Shown piece by piece: positions 38,658-48,548 of a stretch of DNA of 59,558 nt. A program made the translations under genes and the position numbers. The stretch comes from a virus (taxonomy: Duplodnaviria > Heunggongvirae > Uroviricota > Caudoviricetes), in IMG/VR virus record IMGVR_UViG_3300035498_000944. The stretch is one strand, 5' to 3'. Every line of letters begins with the position of its first letter. The first letter of the stretch is position 1. The notes under the pieces were generated by a model. That model saw only the letters and a program-made list of their open reading frames with translations, had not been told where the DNA came from and ran no database searches.

Positions 38658-39050
38658 TTATTCACATGTATAATTGCATACCTTTCCATCACCATCGAGT
38701 TCAGCTTCAATTGTATACTTTATCTCTGGATCAAAATCATAACTAAATACTGTTGTGAAGGTAGAATCAGTTGCAACTATACTGTCAACAGTGTATGGAA
38801 GATACTCAAGATCTTCAGAGTAACCCACATAATCACCTTGAAAAGAAGGCATATAATATGATAAGATATAACTTGATGTAGTTAAATCAAAATATGTCTG
38901 CACTTCTTCTCTAGGTATTTTATCATAAGTATAAGTTATTATTATTTTAGAAGCTTCAGAGGCAGTGTTCTTTATGTCATTCTCCTTAGGGGTAGAACAA
39001 CCAGTAAGGAGGCTCAACACCACCAAAAATAAAAATGTAATTCTTAACAT
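38658..39050 (-). CDS. Lipoprotein, paralog family L (copy 3)
   Basis: LTG-C lipobox; VQTYFDLTTSSYILSYYMP. Confidence 0.78.
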   Translation of the reverse strand: MLRITFLFLVVLSLLTGCSTPKENDIKNTASEASKIIITYTYDKIPREEVQTYFDLTTSSYILSYYMPSFQGDYVGYSEDLEYLPYTVDSIVATDSTFTTVFSYDFDPEIKYTIEAELDGDGKVCNYTCE

Positions 39051-39061
39051 ATTAAGCCTCC

Positions 39062-40618
39062 CTAATTTTTCTTCAAAGCTACTGCCATCTTTCCTCTTGC
39101 ATCATAGCCTTCTTGGAATTTAGACCATGTGTAAGTTTTCTGTGCACCCTTATCTGGGTCATTAACAATTATATGAGTATCATCATATCCAACAACAAGC
39201 ATACAGTGTTCACTACTTATCCAAGATACAGATTTACCGTTATAAGTATAAGCTTTACCAGTAGATCTGCTTGGACTCTCAGGACTAATATCACCCCATA
39301 CAAGCACTGGAATGTTCTTGTCTGTATAGTTCTTAACAACATCTTTTAAAGATGTACCAGTTATATCAGTTACTGAATACTCTGACTTCTTGCCTTGAGT
39401 ATCCAGATAATTATTAATAGCCTTAACAACTACTGGTGGGAAACATCCATATTTATCTGTAGGATCTCCCCAGAATTTTTCATAAGGGTTTGATGAATCT
39501 AATCCTGATATGCCAGATTGTGGCAGTATACTTGATGACATTATAGTATCAAGATTAGGAGAGAATCCATAATAGTACAAAGCCATAGCTGCTGATGTCA
39601 TTTCACAACCTGACTTATAATCCTTAGATCCAGACGAATGCTGATTGAGAACCTTTGTAGACTTAAGCCCCCCAGAACTTGAACTTGAATCTGAATCAGA
39701 ACTATCATCTGAAGATGTTGGTATATTTACGGGTGTTATTACATTGCAAATCCATTTTACATCCTTAGATATAAATGTATCAGCTGAGGTGGCTATTACA
39801 GTATTATGTATCCATTTAGAGGTCTTATAAGCTTTTATCCATGATAATACTGTAGATCCTAGATTAGGATCTGATACTAAAAAGTATTTTACCTTTCCAT
39901 CTTGTTTTATATAACCATGAGCTATTTCTATATGTCCAGTAATTTGTGATACACCACTAGAAGCTAATACACTAAATACTACAACTCCACCTTTATCAAA
40001 AACTTCTACTAATTGATCAACTGTCATATTCTTTGTACCTTGCATATTCTTATCTTCTAGTTGACCTGAATAATGATTCTGAATATACTTATGACCATAG
40101 TCACCTGTATATAATCCACCATTACTCTCAAATCTAACTTCTTTACAATAAGCATACATATCTGATATTGTCCAAGCTTTGTTGTCCCATGCAGAGAAAA
40201 GGTTACCTGTAGATGTCATACCACATATACCCCAGCCATTATTAGACTTAGGATATGTTATACCTCTAAATCCAGTAGGCTCTCCTTGTAAGCCTTGATA
40301 ATATCTTGATATCTGAGTAAGAGTCATGGTACATCCTTCGAAACCTTCAATATCAGATATGTCTTTATCTTTAACAAAAGCATAAGGATGATATCCTACC
40401 TCCCACCAATTATCATCTAGCTTACCGTAACTAGAACCAGAGGATCCATTTACAGTACCATCACTATCGGATTCCTCGGCTGTCTTCATGTCTCTAACTT
40501 TCGTACTGCTTAAATATATAACATCTGAATTAATTTTCTTATCATATGCATTTGGCATAAATATCAGAGCGAAGACGGTTGCTACTAATATAATAGTTAT
40601 TGTTATGATCTTATTCAA
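39062..40618 (-). CDS. YLSSTKV-anchored protein with two C39-like (papain-fold) peptidase domains
   Basis: Domain 1 ICGMTS...GHI...VSDPN; domain 2 GCEMTSAAMAL...EHCMLVVGYD...VNDP. Confidence 0.82.
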   Translation of the reverse strand: MNKIITITIILVATVFALIFMPNAYDKKINSDVIYLSSTKVRDMKTAEESDSDGTVNGSSGSSYGKLDDNWWEVGYHPYAFVKDKDISDIEGFEGCTMTLTQISRYYQGLQGEPTGFRGITYPKSNNGWGICGMTSTGNLFSAWDNKAWTISDMYAYCKEVRFESNGGLYTGDYGHKYIQNHYSGQLEDKNMQGTKNMTVDQLVEVFDKGGVVVFSVLASSGVSQITGHIEIAHGYIKQDGKVKYFLVSDPNLGSTVLSWIKAYKTSKWIHNTVIATSADTFISKDVKWICNVITPVNIPTSSDDSSDSDSSSSSGGLKSTKVLNQHSSGSKDYKSGCEMTSAAMALYYYGFSPNLDTIMSSSILPQSGISGLDSSNPYEKFWGDPTDKYGCFPPVVVKAINNYLDTQGKKSEYSVTDITGTSLKDVVKNYTDKNIPVLVWGDISPESPSRSTGKAYTYNGKSVSWISSEHCMLVVGYDDTHIIVNDPDKGAQKTYTWSKFQEGYDARGKMAVALKKN

Positions 40619-40648
40619 ATAGCAATCACTCTCCAGATGTATAAACTT

Positions 40649-41044
40649 TTAATAAGTATATATTTTAGAATAGCTTGCAATTTTATTATTATGCAGGGTA
40701 AAAGCTACTGTACATTGTGTTTCTCCAAACATAACATTAGCCTCACCTTTAGAGCCATCAATTGTAATATCTTGAATATCTATTTCTGGAATAGATTCTT
40801 CTGAAAACTCTGGTAAATACAGACCCTTATCACTATAGCCTATATAAGGCATATAAGATTTTAATTGGTCATTAAGAGCTGAACCATCAAAATATGTTGA
40901 TAAAGTCTCCTTAGTATATTTTGTATAAGGAGATGTCATTATCATATTTATAGGAGTTTCTAAGTCTTTCGAGTCAATAGTTTTGTCACATGCACATAAA
41001 CAGAACATTGATAAAACTACTAACAAATATTTAAGTCGTTTCAT
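40649..41044 (-). CDS. Lipoprotein, paralog family L (copy 2; start re-set to ATG 41044)
   Basis: LCA-C lipobox; LSTYFDGSALNDQLKSYMP; start 1 nt after the M23 gene stop. Confidence 0.78.
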   Translation of the reverse strand: MKRLKYLLVVLSMFCLCACDKTIDSKDLETPINMIMTSPYTKYTKETLSTYFDGSALNDQLKSYMPYIGYSDKGLYLPEFSEESIPEIDIQDITIDGSKGEANVMFGETQCTVAFTLHNNKIASYSKIYTY

Positions 41045-41045
41045 A

Positions 41046-41843
41046 TTATTTCCACCACGTTTCACCATTTACAGAATCCACTTTTGATGTATTAGCATAA
41101 TCAGTACCTTTCTTTATGCAGGTATCATAATTAAACATAGAAAGATCATCCAAAGTATTCACCCAACCTTTGTATATAGCTGCAGGATTTACTAAGTGTG
41201 ATGTAAAAGTATTAAAATCGTAATCAGTATCGAATATTGACATTTGCAAGTCAAGATGTATACCATATTTATTAGGTTGAGTAGCACTGGCAGAACCTCC
41301 TTGTATACCTATCTGTTGACCGGCTTTGACAGTATCTCCAACTTTCACATACTTAGAAGTACTTCCAATTACCATATGATTGTATCTACTGTATATAGTT
41401 ACACCATCTATCTTATGCTGTATTATGCATGATTCTCCATAGTCGGTATTTAGGCAACCATTGGCTACAACAACACCATCCCACACAGCAGCGATACCTG
41501 CAGTAGTACTATTGACAGCAAGGTCTATAGCTCTATGAGTAGGCTGTCCTTGTGCTATATGATAAGCACTATAGTATGATGATGTTACACTTGCTAACTT
41601 TGCATCAGCGTCTACATATGGAGCATGAATATTTTTTAAAGTAGATGTTGAACTATCATTACTATCTGCATTTTCATTTACATCAAGTGAATCATTTCCA
41701 GTTACATCTTTACTTATTGAACTAACTTTAGTGCTAGATAGATATAAAGTATTGTCTGGACTCAAATCCTCTGGGAGGAAGATTACAAATTCAAACACCA
41801 GAATAGCTATAAGTACAATAACAACTATATGTGATGCACGCAT
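41046..41843 (-). CDS. YLSSTKV-anchored M23-family peptidase
   Basis: HRAID, AAVWDGVV, SRYNHM, VKVGDTVKAGQQIG, HLD (variant of HxH). Confidence 0.85.
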   Translation of the reverse strand: MRASHIVVIVLIAILVFEFVIFLPEDLSPDNTLYLSSTKVSSISKDVTGNDSLDVNENADSNDSSTSTLKNIHAPYVDADAKLASVTSSYYSAYHIAQGQPTHRAIDLAVNSTTAGIAAVWDGVVVANGCLNTDYGESCIIQHKIDGVTIYSRYNHMVIGSTSKYVKVGDTVKAGQQIGIQGGSASATQPNKYGIHLDLQMSIFDTDYDFNTFTSHLVNPAAIYKGWVNTLDDLSMFNYDTCIKKGTDYANTSKVDSVNGETWWK

Positions 41844-41872
41844 TTCTATGTACTCCCTCCAAAAGTCTATTA

Positions 41873-42202
41873 CTAGAACTTAACAAATACTTTGTAATCT
41901 TTATTAAAATAAAACTCGGCTTTTGCATGAGCCTGCTTAAATTTCTGTAGATCCTCTAACACAGGACTTATTATCTGATATGTACCAGATTCTTTTAAAT
42001 CATTCAAATCTTCATCATCTACAGATTTATCTGCATATAATTCTTCATTGAATGTACACATATTTAAAACATTTTTATCTACTGCTACAGCAACACCTTT
42101 AGTAGGTCGATCATAACTCATAGGTATAAATTTATCAGAAGATTTACTGCATCCTGATGCAATAGACATTAACAAAATCAAACCAATAATTCTTAATTTC
42201 AT
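41873..42202 (-). CDS. Small lipoprotein (not family L)
   Basis: ASG-C lipobox. Confidence 0.7.
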   Translation of the reverse strand: MKLRIIGLILLMSIASGCSKSSDKFIPMSYDRPTKGVAVAVDKNVLNMCTFNEELYADKSVDDEDLNDLKESGTYQIISPVLEDLQKFKQAHAKAEFYFNKDYKVFVKF

Positions 42203-43575
42203 TATGTACCTCCTATAGTTATATTTCTACTATCTACCCAAACACGACACATATATCTAATTTCATTAGGATGTGCCTGAAGTATTGCTCTATCAACTTT
42301 AGGTATTTCAGTCGTTACATCTAGCCAACCAAGTAAAGTCTTTAACATAGCTTCATCCCATTTAGCATCATTCTTGTAATTGTGATCAAGTTGATCCATA
42401 AATTTATCTTGATACTTTTGTACAAGTTCCATGTACGCTTTCTCTGGCTTCTCATCTTCAACACCTAGAGCAGTTATGTAATCATATGTTAAATTAGCTA
42501 TTTCAATATCATCTGTAAGCATTGTTAGAGAGTGATTTGAATCATTATTGATATTATGCTCATCAACAAATCCTCTATCACTTGAACCGAAGTTAATGTC
42601 TAATTCACCAACTATACAATTAAAGTGATCAGATATTACCCATTTATCCATTTCACCTGCATAATCCCAAGAAGGAGTATTCTCATAAGTATAGTCTTTT
42701 CTTTTAGAATACTCTACAAAAGATATAGGATTCATACGAGCATTGGGAACAGGATGATCGGCAAATAGCAAAATATTATCTGTCAAACATCTCCTGAGAA
42801 TATAATCCATTGTGACCTTTTCTGTTGGTGTTGGATTATAATCTCTTGGATCCTCTGTTTCTTCTGATGTATGATCTTCATTAGCGACTGCTAATAGTCT
42901 CAAGGCTTGATAGTCGTCTTGAATGTTTTTAAAAATCTTACATATTTTTACAGAGGAAGAACTGTTTCTTAATGCTGTAGCTAATTGTTGATTCAATCTG
43001 TTTATTTCAGAAGAATATCTAGCTTCCTTTGAACTTATGTCTGAATCTGCTATAGGAGCAGAACCTCTCCATTCCATATAATCTGGAAAACAGATCATCC
43101 ATCTCTTTTGCAAATCGGAATCTAGTTCTTCAGGATCTATATTATACCAACCGCATTCACGAATATAAACTGGATAGTTTAATTTCATATACTTGTCATT
43201 ATGTGGATTATCCATAACTTTATTATAGGCAGATATAAAAGCAATAGGGCTCCATGTATCTACATTAGTCATTTGCTCTGCATAATGACACATAGTATTT
43301 AAAATGTATTCATTGTACTCTTTATAAGGAATATAAATTTTATCCAAATCAGTTTCATCATCCTCATCTATGCCCCAAATTATCTTTTCAATATTGTTAG
43401 GCATAAAGTACATATCTTTACATTTATATGTGATTTTAGTTTGTTGAGTGTAGGGTGTAACACCTAAGCTAGGGTTGGATTTTAAGTTATTAACATAAGC
43501 ATAGCAAGGTATGCAATTTGAAGACAGCACACCAATTAATAGTAGCATCATTAGGTGCTTTTTCATACAGCACAC
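42202..43575 (-). CDS. Secreted hypothetical protein
   Basis: Signal peptide; 457 aa; no recognised domain. Confidence 0.7.
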   Translation of the reverse strand: MCCMKKHLMMLLLIGVLSSNCIPCYAYVNNLKSNPSLGVTPYTQQTKITYKCKDMYFMPNNIEKIIWGIDEDDETDLDKIYIPYKEYNEYILNTMCHYAEQMTNVDTWSPIAFISAYNKVMDNPHNDKYMKLNYPVYIRECGWYNIDPEELDSDLQKRWMICFPDYMEWRGSAPIADSDISSKEARYSSEINRLNQQLATALRNSSSSVKICKIFKNIQDDYQALRLLAVANEDHTSEETEDPRDYNPTPTEKVTMDYILRRCLTDNILLFADHPVPNARMNPISFVEYSKRKDYTYENTPSWDYAGEMDKWVISDHFNCIVGELDINFGSSDRGFVDEHNINNDSNHSLTMLTDDIEIANLTYDYITALGVEDEKPEKAYMELVQKYQDKFMDQLDHNYKNDAKWDEAMLKTLLGWLDVTTEIPKVDRAILQAHPNEIRYMCRVWVDSRNITIGGT

Positions 43576-43597
43576 CCTCCTTTATGTTTTATATATT

Positions 43598-43999
43598 TTA
43601 CTTGTTAGGAGTATATATTATACCCATAACGTGATCATTAACATCTTCAATATCTGGAACCAAACTACCTCTACAAACAAGCTTGCTATCTTTTTCTTCT
43701 ACGACTAAGCCCTTGAGAAGAAGACAGTAATTCATAAGATCTGTAATCTTTTCTTCCCATTTTTCAATAGGGTAATCTCCATTATCAGCCACCATGTCAT
43801 AGAGAGATGTGACATGTTTTGTCATCATTCCTAGTAAAGCTTGCTTTGGTGTGTTCTTCTGTAAAGAAGCTGCAGTCTTAAACTGAATAAGTCTATCCTG
43901 TGAACCTATTACATAATCACTTTCACCTTTTGCAGTGATGAGATTAGAACAGGTATTCAGCTGCTCTTCTACCACTTTGTTAAATCTGTCAAATGTCAT
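43598..43999 (-). CDS. All-alpha NTP-pyrophosphohydrolase-like / nucleotide-modification-associated protein (start re-set to 43999)
   Basis: AKG..Y....DRL..FK.AA...TP..AL.GM..KH..S..D...W.EKI.D..NY..LL pattern seen in phage proteins; AAGGAGG RBS before ATG 43999. Confidence 0.6.
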   Translation of the reverse strand: MTFDRFNKVVEEQLNTCSNLITAKGESDYVIGSQDRLIQFKTAASLQKNTPKQALLGMMTKHVTSLYDMVADNGDYPIEKWEEKITDLMNYCLLLKGLVVEEKDSKLVCRGSLVPDIEDVNDHVMGIIYTPNK

Positions 44000-44031
44000 T
44001 TTGTTAACCTCCTTAAGTCTGTTGATTTTTA

Positions 44032-44531
44032 TTATAACCAACCATCCTCATCTGTATCCCAATCTGGAATGTCATAAGGATAATGTGGGTCATTTACATC
44101 AATTATTTTATCAGGTGTCCTAGACACATAATACTGATCATTACCACAAACTGCATGAGTCCTACACATTACTTCAAATAGATCGTTGTATTTTAAACCA
44201 ACTTCTTCGAGCAATGGATATAAGTCTGCACGTCCCTCTGGGATAGTTCTTTGTGTCACAAACATAGGAACATAATGTCTGATATATTCATCTTTATGTA
44301 GTGTTTCGTCTACACCAGCTATACTGATATAGTGTCCTTTGATTCAAGGTATTTACAATTGTCCCATATGAATCGTATGACCCAATCAGAATCACCAGAT
44401 AGACTACTATATTCCTCAGTTATTGTTGCAACAGGAATTGACTTGTACATAATATATGCAGTTCTAATTCTATCAATATGTTCAATGCGTCTATTTACAT
44501 CATAATCTCTAGGAAGTTTATATTTAGTCAT
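44032..44531 (-). pseudogene. HipA-partner (antitoxin-like) gene split by a 1-nt deletion
   Basis: ORFs 44319..44531 and 44032..44265 join into ...LESKGHYISIAG...MFVTQRTIPEGR if one A is added to the AAA at plus 44338-44340. RTIP..R...L...GL...DLFE..C.T...D.YY resembles partners of HipA-like kinases. Confidence 0.65.
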
Positions 44532-45436
44532 TAATTAACCTCCTAACTTCTTTATAAGAATCTTCTATTGATAATCTTTCAATAATATGAAGGTATCTCA
44601 TACAAACTATTTCAATATAAAATCGTTTATAAATTTCAGGTATAAAATCAGATATGTCATTTACAACAAGAACTATGTTTTTATATATAGTTTCTATACC
44701 TAAATTATTTCTAAAATAATCTAGTCTACTATTTAATAATGAACTTATATTTCTATCACCAATAATTTCATAATAGTTCGTTTTACGTGTACCTTTATTA
44801 ATATCGTCAACTCTAAACATAGAGGCTGGAAATCTTTCAGATCTATCAGATAAAAATTTAAATTCATCAACCTCAAATTGATTTATACTTCTGCATACAT
44901 CTGGAAATAATGAATATCTGTTATCATAAATAGGTGCTATAAGATATGTAGAACCGATCGTTAGGTATCCCCAGTTTCCATGATGACGGTCTCTATTTCC
45001 AAGTATAGCGTCACAGATATACATGTCCCAAAAAATGTTTTAGCATCTTAACTTTCATGTCTTTGGATAACTTAAGATGTTTATTAATTAGATATATAAC
45101 ATCATCGTATGTATATGTTTTATTAGAGATATCTGTATCTTCACTTGACTGCCTTGTATCCTTAAAAGATCTTAACGATATATTAGGAGATGTAAAGTCT
45201 CTCAATATAGTTACAAGTTCTTTCTTATAAAATCCAAGCCATGTTTCATGACATGGTATTTTTAAGGATCTTATAAATCTTGAAGCGATATGTTCACTGT
45301 ATAAAGCCGATATAGAAGATTCTTTGTGTTTTACAATATAGTTATACTTATCAACAGTTATACCAAATTTTAAAGAGTTGCCATCATATAATTTACGATT
45401 ACGCATTTCATCAGTTACGATAAATCCATTATTCAT
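44524..45436 (-). pseudogene. HipA/CtkA-like Ser/Thr kinase split by a 1-nt insertion
   Basis: YDGNSLK..YIVK..SEHIAS (N-lobe) and DAILGNRDRHHGNWG, APIYDN (C-lobe); removing one T from the T6 run (plus A6 at 45030-45035) gives KHFWDMYICD in one frame. Confidence 0.82.
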
Positions 45437-45465
45437 ATTAGACCTCTCCTTAAAGTTTTATTTGA

Positions 45466-45990
45466 TTAGATACTATCTGTTGCCTTAGTTATAGAGTCTA
45501 CACTAAGTATTAGACCAAGGTCTGTTAAGAGAGATATTTTACCCTTATTATTTATAACATGAGTTATGGTCTGACCCTTTAAGCTAACAGAATTTATATC
45601 ATAAATTGTTATGGTTGCACTGTGTAATTCAACAACAGGCTTACCTTTGATTTGTTTATTTTTAGTATACATATTACTTTGAATTTTAGCATTATTTATA
45701 ACTGAAAGTTTACCTTGTGCTTCATGATAACATATGCTGTCGTTAAGAACTTTAAAGCCATCAAAGTCATCTCTAAAAACAAATGGACGGACATCCTTCT
45801 TAGGCTCACAACATAAGAGCTTTACACCATTTATGAAACATACAACAGGCATGAATGAATCATAGTAGATGATATCGACGGTATCTCCTTCTTCTATATT
45901 ACTTGTATTGGAAAAGCTATATAAAACTTCTCCATTATCAAATATTAGACAATTTCCACTTTTATGTAATATCTTCACATTTTTATTCAT
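45466..45990 (-). CDS. Hypothetical protein
   Basis: 174-aa ORF with GGAGG RBS. Confidence 0.7.
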   Translation of the reverse strand: MNKNVKILHKSGNCLIFDNGEVLYSFSNTSNIEEGDTVDIIYYDSFMPVVCFINGVKLLCCEPKKDVRPFVFRDDFDGFKVLNDSICYHEAQGKLSVINNAKIQSNMYTKNKQIKGKPVVELHSATITIYDINSVSLKGQTITHVINNKGKISLLTDLGLILSVDSITKATDSI

Positions 45991-46008
45991 ATGGTAGTTT
46001 CCTCCTTA

Positions 46009-47175
46009 TTACCATTCCCCATTATACCTAGCTTCTGTAATCATATAGGATATTAGTGACATAACTGGATAGTTATCTGATCCTGCAGCATTTGCGATTT
46101 TAGAAACTAGTCTCATTGTCTCTGCATCTCTTACAAATCTTGAAGGCTTTTTAGCATCTATATATTCTTTTATTTCTGGTACATATGTAGCAATAATAGC
46201 AGCACGTCTGGCATAATTTTCCTGACCAAGAATACCTGTACCTCTATTATGTCCCCACATTAATAATGTAACCTGAGCATATCTATCACTTAGATTTGTT
46301 AGGGCACATTTACCATTTACTTTCCTTAATGTTGTGTCATAGACAGCAAGACACAAATTAGCGGAATCTGCTATAGACCATCTATCAGCTTTTGTACCTA
46401 ATTTCCACAGTATAGAAGTTCCACCTGCTGGATTAGCACCAAGATCAATCCAACAATCTGTTCTATGTGTGCCATCTGTTCCAATTAATCCAAACTCTTC
46501 AGGTATGACAGGCGTTACACCTTGACCGTAAAAAGACTCTTGCTGAAATGGACCTATAGCACCACCAGATCTTCTTGTTACTGCAGAAGTTCCAAATGTA
46601 CTATTTACATATTTCCAATTATACTTAAGCATGAAATCTTCAGTATAATCCTCTGTTCTCACAGGCCACGAAAATACAAGACCTGGATCATTATAAGCAT
46701 AGCCATATTCAACTGCACCCAAGGCTATAAACCATTTAGGATCTTTTACAGGAATATAACTGGTTTTAGACATATATCGGTCTACAATATTATACACATC
46801 CGAATTTAATTTATTACAAACTTCAGGATTAGCTGAACTGTATTTAATATTACGTGATGAAGCGACATATGTCTCTGATCCTATACTACTAGAATTTTCA
46901 ACTAACACTTCGTAAGGTGTTAAGTCTAAGTCATCAACAAGTGATGCTTTTGAGTAAGGATCATTGGAAGGTGCATTCTTGATATAATCTGTAACATCTT
47001 TTGTTATAGGATCAACCTTAGTTTTATCTGTATCTTCGTTCAATATATGTCCATATCTTGCATATTCAAGTGAAGATAATGGATCTACGATTTCAGCATC
47101 TTCAGCCATTGTAAGTAAACTATTACCTAAGATAGCCACAATTGTTAGCATAGCTATAACAGTAGTATACTTCAT
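46009..47175 (-). CDS. Secreted SLT-like lytic transglycosylase
   Basis: Signal peptide; FIALGAVEYG (catalytic Glu), GAIGPFQ, LMWGHNRGTG (YNAG-like) in the expected order. Confidence 0.62.
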   Translation of the reverse strand: MKYTTVIAMLTIVAILGNSLLTMAEDAEIVDPLSSLEYARYGHILNEDTDKTKVDPITKDVTDYIKNAPSNDPYSKASLVDDLDLTPYEVLVENSSSIGSETYVASSRNIKYSSANPEVCNKLNSDVYNIVDRYMSKTSYIPVKDPKWFIALGAVEYGYAYNDPGLVFSWPVRTEDYTEDFMLKYNWKYVNSTFGTSAVTRRSGGAIGPFQQESFYGQGVTPVIPEEFGLIGTDGTHRTDCWIDLGANPAGGTSILWKLGTKADRWSIADSANLCLAVYDTTLRKVNGKCALTNLSDRYAQVTLLMWGHNRGTGILGQENYARRAAIIATYVPEIKEYIDAKKPSRFVRDAETMRLVSKIANAAGSDNYPVMSLISYMITEARYNGEW

Positions 47176-47220
47176 ATATCAATCTCCTCCTAAAATATTT
47201 TATGTACCTAAAATAGGTTC

Positions 47221-48036
47221 TTACTTTAATATATTTGGTCCTTTCTGAAAAGATTCTATTTTCTTGTTATAACGAGGATTTGTTGGATCACTAACAGCCA
47301 TATTACCCTGTAGCTGCTGTTTGGTTGCATGTGTACAATCTATATAAAACTCAAGTGCACAAGTTTGAGATCCACTAGTCTGCCCCCAATAATTACGGTT
47401 TTTTGTATGCTCAGCAGCCTTAGCATCGACCATTATAACGCCAAACTCTGTACCATCTTCACAATTTACTTTAAACAAAGTACCTATACCAGAAAGCAAA
47501 GCTTTATTTGCTGCTGCATCACTATTTATAGTACTTCGTTGACTATCAGGCGTTACATCTTGAGCAGATAGTGCTACTGTATAATATCTATAACCATTAT
47601 ACTCAAAGTAGCAATAACCACCCTCACATATTACTTCTTCTTGCTTGGCTAATTTTGATTGATATGTACCAGAACCATTTCTCCATCTATAATAAAAATT
47701 ACCTTTAACGGTGGCTGTACCACCAACATAATAGGTAAAAGTGGAAAGAATACTAGAGTACTGTTCGGGAATTGTTGATTTTTCTCCCCATTCTATAGAT
47801 GGATCTATACCCTCTGCAGTTGATTTACCCCCTGATGAGGGATTGATCTCACCATCATTATTGTCATCTGAGCTAACTATAGTTTCATTGACATCCTTAA
47901 CTTTTGTAGAACTCAAATATATGTTACTACTTAAGATATCTTTCTCATCTTTGTAGGTTGCTGGTAGGAACATGATTACCATAATCATTCCTATGACACC
48001 AGCAACTACAACTGCTATACTTACAGGTTTATCCAT
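47221..48036 (-). CDS. YLSSTKV-anchored protein with a DPBB/RlpA-3D-like C-terminal domain
   Basis: RYYTVAL...GIGTLFKV..EDG....VIMVD topology; the family call is tentative. Confidence 0.5.
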   Translation of the reverse strand: MDKPVSIAVVVAGVIGMIMVIMFLPATYKDEKDILSSNIYLSSTKVKDVNETIVSSDDNNDGEINPSSGGKSTAEGIDPSIEWGEKSTIPEQYSSILSTFTYYVGGTATVKGNFYYRWRNGSGTYQSKLAKQEEVICEGGYCYFEYNGYRYYTVALSAQDVTPDSQRSTINSDAAANKALLSGIGTLFKVNCEDGTEFGVIMVDAKAAEHTKNRNYWGQTSGSQTCALEFYIDCTHATKQQLQGNMAVSDPTNPRYNKKIESFQKGPNILK

Positions 48037-48113
48037 TTACAAAAGGACCTCCTTTAGAGGTAGATTCTTTCGAAAGAAGGCAACATAGCTATAACAGTGA
48101 TGTACTTCATATA

Positions 48114-48548
48114 TCAATCTCCTCCTACATAATACTTACCTCCCACCTCACTGTTTGGGAAGGTTCTTTTAAAATAATTTATTTTACCTGAACTATCAAT
48201 TGTAAATTCAATATTAACAGGATTGTCGATTAGAGTAGCTGTAGCTGTGTATGTATGTTTATCTATTTGTGTTATTTCATTTATAACTACTGGATTTGGA
48301 TTTTTCTCATAATCAGAATAGACATATAAAGTGTCTTCATAAGCATCACATCTTGGCAAATATTCAGTCAGAATTTCAGTTAATGCATCACCTGAGAATT
48401 CCTCTCTTATTGTATTTGGAGATACTTCTGGATTTGGGTATATAATCATTAGATTAACTAAATCAGTGTAATCTTTCTGATTATCTTTACATCCTGTAAA
48501 AAATGGTAATACTGCGAATAAAATAATTAATAACTTCTTCATAATCAT
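48114..48548 (-). CDS. Lipoprotein, paralog family L (copy 1)
   Basis: FTG-C lipobox; IREEFSGDALTEILTEYLP; ATGA overlap with the lysozyme gene. Confidence 0.78.
   Translation of the reverse strand: MIMKKLLIILFAVLPFFTGCKDNQKDYTDLVNLMIIYPNPEVSPNTIREEFSGDALTEILTEYLPRCDAYEDTLYVYSDYEKNPNPVVINEITQIDKHTYTATATLIDNPVNIEFTIDSSGKINYFKRTFPNSEVGGKYYVGGD

Noticed and set aside
44032-45436. Stop-codon reassignment explaining the split genes
   Set aside because: The fragments are in different frames, and other genes translate cleanly with code 11.
48045-48080. RBS-occluding ACCTC/GAGGT stem and TTCTTTCGAAAGAA palindrome
   Set aside because: 5-bp stems are too weak to support a claim.
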